DNA of 64,000 nt from an uncultured virus (IMG/VR IMGVR_UViG_3300024359_000004) (Duplodnaviria > Heunggongvirae > Uroviricota > Caudoviricetes), in IMG/VR virus record IMGVR_UViG_3300024359_000004; one strand, 5' to 3'. Position numbers and translations under genes: made by a program. Under the pieces are notes generated by a model that did not search any database, was not told where the DNA came from, and saw nothing but the letters and a program-made list of their open reading frames with translations. Of this stretch, positions 57,117-64,000 are shown piece after piece; the stretch's first letter is position 1, and each line of letters starts with the position of its first letter.

Positions 57117-59351
57117 TTATTTCAGTCTAGATATGTTGTTTTCTTTAATTACCGTTATAATCTTTTCAGCCCAATCCTTAACAGTATCATTCTGAGTTAT
57201 AAAGAAAACCGTATCATACATATCAGATATTCTATCAAACAATGGTTTCATTTTAGATAAGTTTTCAGCTGCAACTCTACCCATAACTTCATCAAATACT
57301 ATAAAGTTAGGTGTTGGTAGTGATGACATCTTACCTAAAACACATCTTAAAGCTATACTAGAAGTTGTTAACTCATAACCACTACCAGACTTAAGAGGTT
57401 TTTCAATACCATCCTTTACTAATAAATACTTCACTTCATTCTTATCATCAATATAAACTTCAATTTCAAAGTCAGTTATGTCTTCTAATAACCTTTGTAG
57501 TTCGCCATTTATAATAGGTAATACAGACCTAAGTATTAATTTAGATATACCCTTTTTACCAATCATCTCAATATAAACCTTAAAGATTTTTTCAATATCT
57601 TTTTCTTTACCTATAGTAATAATAACTTTTTCTTTAGATTCTATATCTGTAGTATTTGTATTGACCTTAATAGCTATATCTCTTAATTCATCATTTATTA
57701 AGTCTTTTTGTCTATCGGATACAACTATCTTAGTATCAATAGCGCTAATGTCAGCATCAATGGATTTATTTTTATCAATAGCTTCTATATTAGAATTATA
57801 CTTTTCAAGGTCTGTCATTTTCTCTTTTAACTTAACTCTAAGAGAGTCAATCTCAACCTCTAATCTATCTTTCTTTAACTCTATTTTATTTTTATCATCA
57901 ATTAACTTCTTACTATCAGCCATCGCATTTAAAGAAACGTTAATTTCTTCTAATTTTCTATTTGCAGTATCTAATTCTCTTTTATTGTTTTCAATAGTTG
58001 TATTGTGTTCTGCAATATGTTTAGTGTTGTCAACATCATCTAGTGGTCTATTACACGCTTTACATATACCACTTTGGATTAGGTCTTCTATTGTTGATTC
58101 TAATCTAGTTATATCAGCTTCTTTAACAGCAATATTGTTACTTAGTTTAGTTTGTTCACTAGTTAACTGGAAGTGTCTATCTTCATCAAACTGTATTATA
58201 CCAATCTCAGCTATTTTATTATTAAATTCTTTGATAGCATCTTTATGTGATTTACCCACAGCTGTTATATTCTTTATCTCTTCTTCAAGATTACTAGGGT
58301 TAAGTGCTAAAACTTCTTCATCAATCTTTATCTTAGATGTTGCTAACGCTAACTTCTCGTCTTGTAGTTTTTTATTTACTTTTTTCTCAACATCAAGTTC
58401 ATTTTCTTTAGAAGTTTTTACTTTTGATAAATCCTCTAGATTAGTCTTATGTTGTTCTATTTCTTCTTTAAGTGTTTCTGTGTCATATAAATTAGATTTC
58501 ATTGTCTTTGTGAAATCATTATACATTTTTCTTACAGCAATTTCTTTTTCAGATAATACTTCAAGACCAATAAATCTAGTAAGTAATTTACCACTCTCAC
58601 CAGCAGTTGAGTCAATTAAGTCATCTAAGTTTTTAGATGTCGCTAAAACTACTAAATCAAAATCATTTTCGGTACCAACAGTTTCTTTAATTACTTCTGT
58701 TGTTTTTTTAGCATCTTCATCATTTAATTCTTCCTCTTCACCATCTGGTAATATTCTATAATAACTAAGTTTATTGGTTACATTCCAACCGCCTTTTCTT
58801 TTTGGTTTTCTTTCTAACCTTCTTTCAATTATTAAATCATCTTCACCTTCAATGTTTATCATACCTCTAACAATAAGTTCTTTTTCCTCATTGAATTGGT
58901 TAAATACTTCTTCATTCTTATCAGTCTTGGTTGTCTTACCAAAGAAAAGGAATTTAATTGCATCAACTGTAAGTGTTGTGTTATGCGATACTATACCATT
59001 AGAATAATACTGATGAACTTTATCAACTTGGATATCATATAATGTATCTTTATCATTTAATAACTCAACACTCTTAACTTTAGAAACACCATTAATTGTT
59101 TGTACTGGTTCACCAATTTCAATATCTTTAAGAACAATAAACTCACCATCCTCATTTTTTAATCTATGATAGTCAGCACCCTCAACATATTTACCATCTT
59201 CAAGTTCACACCTATACACATCAGCATTCTCTTCTGTAATACCGCACCATGTAATATCATGATACCCATAAGGTGTGTCAACTTGAAAACCTAAATCCCC
59301 ATATTTTTCGTAAATTTCATTTAATTTACCAATTTCAATCTCTTTCTCCAT
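57117..59351 (-). CDS. sbcC: SbcC/Rad50 ATPase C-terminal part fused to split intein C fragment
   Basis: Residues 1-124 intein (LYDIQV...YYSNGIVSHN), then TTLTVDAI.F..FG, coiled coil, CKAC hook, SGSGYE signature, FIVFDE Walker B. Confidence 0.92.
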   Translation of the reverse strand: MEKEIEIGKLNEIYEKYGDLGFQVDTPYGYHDITWCGITEENADVYRCELEDGKYVEGADYHRLKNEDGEFIVLKDIEIGEPVQTINGVSKVKSVELLNDKDTLYDIQVDKVHQYYSNGIVSHNTTLTVDAIKFLFFGKTTKTDKNEEVFNQFNEEKELIVRGMINIEGEDDLIIERRLERKPKRKGGWNVTNKLSYYRILPDGEEEELNDEDAKKTTEVIKETVGTENDFDLVVLATSKNLDDLIDSTAGESGKLLTRFIGLEVLSEKEIAVRKMYNDFTKTMKSNLYDTETLKEEIEQHKTNLEDLSKVKTSKENELDVEKKVNKKLQDEKLALATSKIKIDEEVLALNPSNLEEEIKNITAVGKSHKDAIKEFNNKIAEIGIIQFDEDRHFQLTSEQTKLSNNIAVKEADITRLESTIEDLIQSGICKACNRPLDDVDNTKHIAEHNTTIENNKRELDTANRKLEEINVSLNAMADSKKLIDDKNKIELKKDRLEVEIDSLRVKLKEKMTDLEKYNSNIEAIDKNKSIDADISAIDTKIVVSDRQKDLINDELRDIAIKVNTNTTDIESKEKVIITIGKEKDIEKIFKVYIEMIGKKGISKLILRSVLPIINGELQRLLEDITDFEIEVYIDDKNEVKYLLVKDGIEKPLKSGSGYELTTSSIALRCVLGKMSSLPTPNFIVFDEVMGRVAAENLSKMKPLFDRISDMYDTVFFITQNDTVKDWAEKIITVIKENNISRLK
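58980..59351 (-). mobile_element. split intein C fragment (124 aa)
   Basis: Block B-like GADYH, block F YDIQV, block G SHN followed by Thr. Confidence 0.9.
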
Positions 59352-59363
59352 ATAACAAATATA

Positions 59364-60374
59364 TTATTTTTTACCTAAAAATTCCAAACATTTATTTAAA
59401 ATGTTAATTTTATCTTTTTTATATTCTGAGTCCCAAATAGTTAACACTTCAAAACCATTTTCATTGGCTAATGTTATCTTATTTTTGTCTTTAACCCAAA
59501 TTTCTTTAGCTGTGAGTTCTTTTCTAAAAGGGTTAGGTCTGTCTTCAGCTAAATATTTTTTAGGGTTACCATGATAATCATCACCATTATATTCAATAAT
59601 TTTATTAGTATTTAAATCAGTAAAGTCGAACCTAAAAAATGATTTATTGTTGTATAATGTGTATTCACCATTATGTAATGCAAAATTTATTTTACGATTC
59701 TCCAATGGTGTGTATTCTTTTAAGATTTTAAAAAATAATTCTTGGGATATTTTAGAATATCCAGATTTAAGATTACCATTTCTATATAATGATTTTTGCC
59801 ATTTATTTTGTCTTTCGGTGAAAATCCTTAAACCTTCTTCTTCACCATGTTCCTTAATACATATTTCTTTTGAAAATGTTTGTTGTCTCTCGCTACGTTT
59901 AATTTTAGCTTCTTCTAAAGTATAACCCTTATTCATCCAGTATTCTAAACCAGCACTACCTTTCTTACCAACTGCACTTCTCTTCCCCTCTCTTTCATCC
60001 CAAACTTTAGTGCCCTCTTCTTCACCAAATCTAGCTATACATCCTCTCAATGATACTAATTTTTGACCTTCAATTTGAAGTATTGCTTCTTCCTTAGAAT
60101 AACCTAACTTAACCCAATATTCAATATTAACTGGTCTTAGAGTTTTAATATGTTCTTCTATTAACTCCTCTCCCATACCTCTTTCTAACCAATATTCCTT
60201 AGAGTAGGCTGAACCTTTAGCCAAATTTACACCCACTTTCTTTAACCTACTAATTATAACGCTAGGGTCAACATTGAAGACCCTAGCTATATTGTTGGTT
60301 GATTCAAAATCATTAGTATACATCTTTACCATTTTATTAATTTCTTCTTCACTAAATTTATAAACTTTACCCAT
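59364..60374 (-). CDS. free-standing Vsr-like/DUF559 putative homing endonuclease
   Basis: N-terminal HTH, YW...G...EEA and CI...GEEEG repeats, IIEYNGDDYH...KD..K...A...GF.VL.IWDSE. Confidence 0.8.
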   Translation of the reverse strand: MGKVYKFSEEEINKMVKMYTNDFESTNNIARVFNVDPSVIISRLKKVGVNLAKGSAYSKEYWLERGMGEELIEEHIKTLRPVNIEYWVKLGYSKEEAILQIEGQKLVSLRGCIARFGEEEGTKVWDEREGKRSAVGKKGSAGLEYWMNKGYTLEEAKIKRSERQQTFSKEICIKEHGEEEGLRIFTERQNKWQKSLYRNGNLKSGYSKISQELFFKILKEYTPLENRKINFALHNGEYTLYNNKSFFRFDFTDLNTNKIIEYNGDDYHGNPKKYLAEDRPNPFRKELTAKEIWVKDKNKITLANENGFEVLTIWDSEYKKDKINILNKCLEFLGKK

Positions 60375-60448
60375 GATTAATTATATTTACAATTTATTAT
60401 CAATAATAAATATAACCTTTTAACCAAAAAGGTAAACTATTAGTAAGA

Positions 60449-61045
60449 TTATTTTAATTCATCTGGTAAAAACCCTAATTTTTTAACTATTTCATCAACA
60501 TTATACTTAACTTTAATCTTAGTGTCATACCTAACGCACTTACCACCTTGATTACTTGGCTCTGAATTAACCACTGTAAACCCATTATAATTCTCAACAG
60601 GGAAATAGTTGTTAGGACCAAAAGATAAAAAGTTATTAACTAATAACCAAGATAATTTATATTTCTTATGTAACTTCTCTTCTAAATCAATTGTTAATTC
60701 ACCATTAACCTTATCATCTAAAGCTATGATTCTATTAAAATCTACATTCTTACCTTCTCTATCTAACCATTCTTTAAATAAACCTCTTTGGTAAGGTACG
60801 CTCATGATGTTGTTTATGTTAGCACCATCAATCTCTACAGCCTCACCCTTACTATTTGTTCTTACTGGTCTATAAACCACATTAACATTTTGTGGTGGAA
60901 TACCATATTTCTTAGAAAAATACTTCTTAACTCTAGACCTTGATTCTCTTGAGTAATTCTCAGGTTTATCATCCCAATAAACTTTAATCTTAGCATATGG
61001 TGGTACCTTAACCACATCATTTAATATCATTTCTTTTTGTTCCAT
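60449..61045 (-). CDS. sbcC: SbcC/Rad50 N-terminal part fused to split intein N fragment
   Basis: NNFLSFG, Walker A start SNQGGK, then CVRYDTKI (intein block A) and a stop 29 aa later. Confidence 0.88.
   Translation of the reverse strand: MEQKEMILNDVVKVPPYAKIKVYWDDKPENYSRESRSRVKKYFSKKYGIPPQNVNVVYRPVRTNSKGEAVEIDGANINNIMSVPYQRGLFKEWLDREGKNVDFNRIIALDDKVNGELTIDLEEKLHKKYKLSWLLVNNFLSFGPNNYFPVENYNGFTVVNSEPSNQGGKCVRYDTKIKVKYNVDEIVKKLGFLPDELK
60452..60538 (-). mobile_element. split intein N fragment (29 aa)
   Basis: CVRYDTKIKVKYNVDEIVKKLGFLPDELK directly after the Walker A Lys. Confidence 0.85.
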
Positions 61046-62181
61046 ATATCACTTGTGTTTGAGCCGAATAATCCTTTTTTATTATCACCGTAGATGTCGT
61101 CATCCTCATCTTCTTTGTTTGTTGTATTATCTTGAGATTCTAACTCATCTATCTTATCATTTAATTCTTTAATTGTTTTACCTCTCTCTTTAGATTCATC
61201 TTTGAATAACTTCAAATTATCTTTTAATTCAGTAATCTCTTCCTTTAAATCATTTATTTCTTCAGTCTTACTTTTCAAAGATTTTTTATGTTTCTTTTCA
61301 TTATTATATAGAGAATTAATCTCTTCTTCTTTGAACTTTAATTCTGATTCTAAATTTTTAATTTTATTATCTTTTGTTGTATCATTAACATTATTTGATA
61401 ATTCTTCCTCTAGTTCTTTAATCCTATCATCTTTAGTGGTGTTATTCTTTAAATGTGAAATATTCTTATTTAAATCGGTTATTTTCCGATTAAGTGTTTT
61501 AATTTCAACATTCTTTTCATCTTCTAATTCAGACAACATATCTTTGTACAAGATTACTTCATCTTCCAAGTCTTTAATCTTAGTTTCATTAGAATCACTA
61601 TCAGCATTCATAGACTCTATGATTTCTTGATGATTTTCTTTTGTGGATTCTAACTCCTTTTGTAGGTTATTAATTGTTTCATCGTCTGTCACATAAATTT
61701 CTTTCTCAACAATCTTTTCAACCTCCTTGATAGTTTCAATAGGTACTTCCTTTTCTACCACAATCTCTTTGATGATTTCCACAGGAACTTCCTTTTCTAC
61801 CACAATCTCCTTAATTACTTCGATTGGAACTTCCTTTTCAATAATCTTTTCAACTGGAACTTCTTTAATCACTTCCTTCTCAATAATTTTTTCTACTGGA
61901 ACTTCGATTTTCTTGATAACTTCGATTGGTACTTCTACCCTCTTCTCTACTATCCTTTCAACTTCCTTAATAACTTCAACAGGAACCTCTTTAATGACTT
62001 CCTTTTCTACTATCTTTTCAACTTCTTTAATCTGTGCTGGTTTTTCCCATGGTACCGAACCAAACTTTTCAGATGTAAATCCTCTAGTAACCATACTAGT
62101 TATAAACTCATCAACATTTGTTATGTTGTTAGCTTTACAGTATTCCCAGATTTCATTTTTTATTTCTTTAGGTAGTTCCAT
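61027..62181 (-). CDS. repeat-rich coiled-coil protein
   Basis: Multiple (I/V)EKEVP(V/I)E repeats followed by coiled coil. Confidence 0.75.
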   Translation of the reverse strand: MELPKEIKNEIWEYCKANNITNVDEFITSMVTRGFTSEKFGSVPWEKPAQIKEVEKIVEKEVIKEVPVEVIKEVERIVEKRVEVPIEVIKKIEVPVEKIIEKEVIKEVPVEKIIEKEVPIEVIKEIVVEKEVPVEIIKEIVVEKEVPIETIKEVEKIVEKEIYVTDDETINNLQKELESTKENHQEIIESMNADSDSNETKIKDLEDEVILYKDMLSELEDEKNVEIKTLNRKITDLNKNISHLKNNTTKDDRIKELEEELSNNVNDTTKDNKIKNLESELKFKEEEINSLYNNEKKHKKSLKSKTEEINDLKEEITELKDNLKLFKDESKERGKTIKELNDKIDELESQDNTTNKEDEDDDIYGDNKKGLFGSNTSDIWNKKK

Positions 62182-63011
62182 TATCCGTTTGTTAATTTCT
62201 CTTCACCTAACTCTAATTGTTCTAGTGAATTAATCTTAAATTGATAGAACCCATAATCAGTTTCGATATCATGTTCTGTAAATGACTTAGATTCAATATC
62301 CCAAAATAAGAATCCATGTTTACCTACAGATTCTCCAAAGTTCTGTTGAACAAGTGAGCTAGGCATTGCTATCGGTGTGCCTTTGTAGTCTAAAATTTGA
62401 CGCTTATGTATATCTCCACACATTACAATGTTGCAACCCTCAAAGTGTTCTAAGGATGTTGCTTCTGTAAATTCATAACCAATATCTGTTGTAGCACCAA
62501 TAATAGGTGCATGATATAACCCTATATAAGTCTTATCATCACCATACTCAGCCCTGGCAGATTCAATGTCTGGTCTAGAGTTTTCATCAAAAATAGAATA
62601 CACGCACCAAACAATATTATCATCTAAGATACATTCAGACTTTTTATAATATCTTATATCTAAGTCTGGTAATAATTGTACCATTGGTGTGATTGAATCC
62701 ATTCTGTCTTTGTTGTTCTCTAATAAATCATGATTACCAGCAATAATAACCACTGGTGCAATCTTTTCTAACTTCCTTAAGAACCAGGTACCTAGTATTA
62801 ATAATTCATTGGATATTGTAATTTTCTGATGCACATAGTCACCAGCAATAACAATCCTAACTTCTTCTCTATCGTACCCAGATACTAATTCTCTAATCTT
62901 TTTTAGTGTTGTCTTAAACGCTTCACCGTACTCATCATGCATTCGATAAGTTCTGATGTGTATATCAGCTAAATGCACAACGAATCTTACTTTTTTATTA
63001 CTCATAATCAT
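62181..63011 (-). CDS. sbcD: SbcD/Mre11 metallophosphoesterase nuclease
   Basis: HLADIH, AGD, AGNHD, H, GDIH, QQNFGE. Confidence 0.9.
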   Translation of the reverse strand: MIMSNKKVRFVVHLADIHIRTYRMHDEYGEAFKTTLKKIRELVSGYDREEVRIVIAGDYVHQKITISNELLILGTWFLRKLEKIAPVVIIAGNHDLLENNKDRMDSITPMVQLLPDLDIRYYKKSECILDDNIVWCVYSIFDENSRPDIESARAEYGDDKTYIGLYHAPIIGATTDIGYEFTEATSLEHFEGCNIVMCGDIHKRQILDYKGTPIAMPSSLVQQNFGESVGKHGFLFWDIESKSFTEHDIETDYGFYQFKINSLEQLELGEEKLTNG

Positions 63012-63042
63012 ATAATTTTACACAAATATATTATTTTATAAT

Positions 63043-63309
63043 TTATAAGGTGAGTCTTAATACATCACCATCTTCTAAAGAAAGTGGTTTAAGTGTATAA
63101 GCTGATATTATCTCACCATTCTTAATTTCTATCAAGGTTTGGTTTGAAATGTGGAAACCATCTTCCCAATCACCATGTAGTTTCCAAGAAACTGGGTTTA
63201 ATACTGGCGTATTTTTGGGTAGATTAAATGGTGACCAAGCCACCCCTCTAGTATCAATTATTTTTGATAGTTTTATTTCACCTTTTACTATGTTACTATA
63301 TGGTATCAT
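63043..63309 (-). CDS. hypothetical protein
   Basis: ORF track. Confidence 0.5.
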   Translation of the reverse strand: MIPYSNIVKGEIKLSKIIDTRGVAWSPFNLPKNTPVLNPVSWKLHGDWEDGFHISNQTLIEIKNGEIISAYTLKPLSLEDGDVLRLTL

Positions 63310-63326
63310 TTTATTTTATTTTTTTT

Positions 63327-63569
63327 TTAATCTTTATCATAAGTTGTATTTCCTTTTCTTAAATGTCTCAATTCTTCCAATTTACCATTATCTCGGTTTA
63401 TATCATATGTAAAATCACCTATCTCTAAAACGAACCTTTCCTTTTTCATTGGTTCATGGAAAATACCATTTATTAATTCTCTTTTTACTGGTTCTACGAA
63501 AGTTAATTCTATTATTTCTTCCTTTTCAATATCACCAACTGGATTAACTTGCATTACTTTAATTTCCAT
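63327..63569 (-). CDS. hypothetical protein
   Basis: ORF track. Confidence 0.55.
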   Translation of the reverse strand: MEIKVMQVNPVGDIEKEEIIELTFVEPVKRELINGIFHEPMKKERFVLEIGDFTYDINRDNGKLEELRHLRKGNTTYDKD

Positions 63570-64000
63570 TATTTATCTTTTTTAATTCTTCTTTTAGTAA
63601 TTGTTCTCTTTTCTTATTACGCTTAATTTGTAAGTACTTATAATCAAATACTTCTTGTATTCTAGGTAATGGGTCCATAGTTAAAACTCTGTTAATAAAA
63701 TCATCTTCAACAAGATACTCTTTATATTTACCATCAGAAGTTAAATGAACTATAATACAACCATCAAGTTTAATGTTTTCAAATTTAGTTCCTTTAAGCA
63801 TATCTAGTATCAGTCTACCGTAAAGTGGTAATTGTATCATATAATGACTTAGTGCTGTATCCATGTAGTCTTCAAATGGTTCTAACATTGGTTCTGTATA
63901 TGCGTGTACTTCAAAATTCTTGGGCTTATTCGTTTTCCAGTCACTTATTAGGAACCCTAATACACCATCAATAAATCTAACCCATACTTTATCTGGTTGT
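63559..64000 (-). CDS. PD-(D/E)xK exonuclease-like protein, C-terminal part (runs off the window)
   Basis: Frame is open to window end: QPDK...ISDWKTNK, then Y.IQL.LY. Confidence 0.7.
   Translation of the reverse strand, partial: QPDKVWVRFIDGVLGFLISDWKTNKPKNFEVHAYTEPMLEPFEDYMDTALSHYMIQLPLYGRLILDMLKGTKFENIKLDGCIIVHLTSDGKYKEYLVEDDFINRVLTMDPLPRIQEVFDYKYLQIKRNKKREQLLKEELKKINNGN

Noticed and set aside
57661..58761. 366-aa plus-strand ORF
   Set aside because: Antisense shadow of the SbcC coiled coil; S/L/F-rich with no motifs
59352..60451. RNA intron or frameshifted contiguous intein joining the sbcC halves
   Set aside because: Each ORF has its own start, stop and promoter-like box; the spacers (74 and 12 bp) are too short for intron structure
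78..63412. Most other plus-strand ORFs in the track (e.g. 15465, 40984, 46615, 54759, 61727)
   Set aside because: They overlap well-supported minus-strand genes and have the composition expected of antisense frames
1..64000. Stop-codon reassignment (alternative genetic code)
   Set aside because: Recognisable genes are full length in the standard code, TAG and TGA end genes at sensible positions, and no suppressor tRNA is seen
1..64000. Bacterial chromosome origin suggested by dnaJ, clpP, folA, rpoD and ssrA
   Set aside because: These genes lack their usual operon partners and are embedded among many small phage-type ORFs, lysis genes and homing endonucleases; no capsid or terminase gene is in the window, so phage origin remains an inference

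Overview
AT-rich, gene-dense segment with almost all genes on the minus strand, most consistent with a large (jumbo-type) tailed phage of a Bacteroidota host. Evidence: recurrent TAnnTTTG sigma-A -7 promoter boxes, a Bacteroidota-type RpoD-like sigma factor, a DUF3127 SSB-like protein, and phage-type lysis and head-associated proteins. It encodes DHFR, YqeY, DUF1338, PrsW, lysozyme, amidases, M42 peptidase, FKBP, ClpP, DnaJ, a TROVE/vWA-like protein, NUDIX, nucleotidyltransferases, SbcD/SbcC, four intact tRNAs and a tmRNA. Highlights: (1) sbcC/Rad50 is fractured inside Walker A by an atypically split intein (29-aa N part, 124-aa C part, Thr+1) with a free-standing Vsr-like endonuclease gene between the halves; (2) an HNH endonuclease cassette has split a tRNA-Ala(UGC) gene and carries its own divergent, intact tRNA-Ala(UGC); (3) a family of small structured RNA motifs (AAAGA-stem-TTWCAGCAA...stem-TCTGA) lies next to a Ro60/TROVE-like gene and in an ORF-free transcription unit; (4) arrays of tiny ORFs are joined by a conserved junction repeat encoding NQNKDE*/MSKE; (5) the tmRNA has a 26-residue non-canonical tag; (6) many proteins share an MKxxIKxLLxE leader resembling capsid-targeting sequences. 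All family assignments come from reading motifs by eye; no searches were run.
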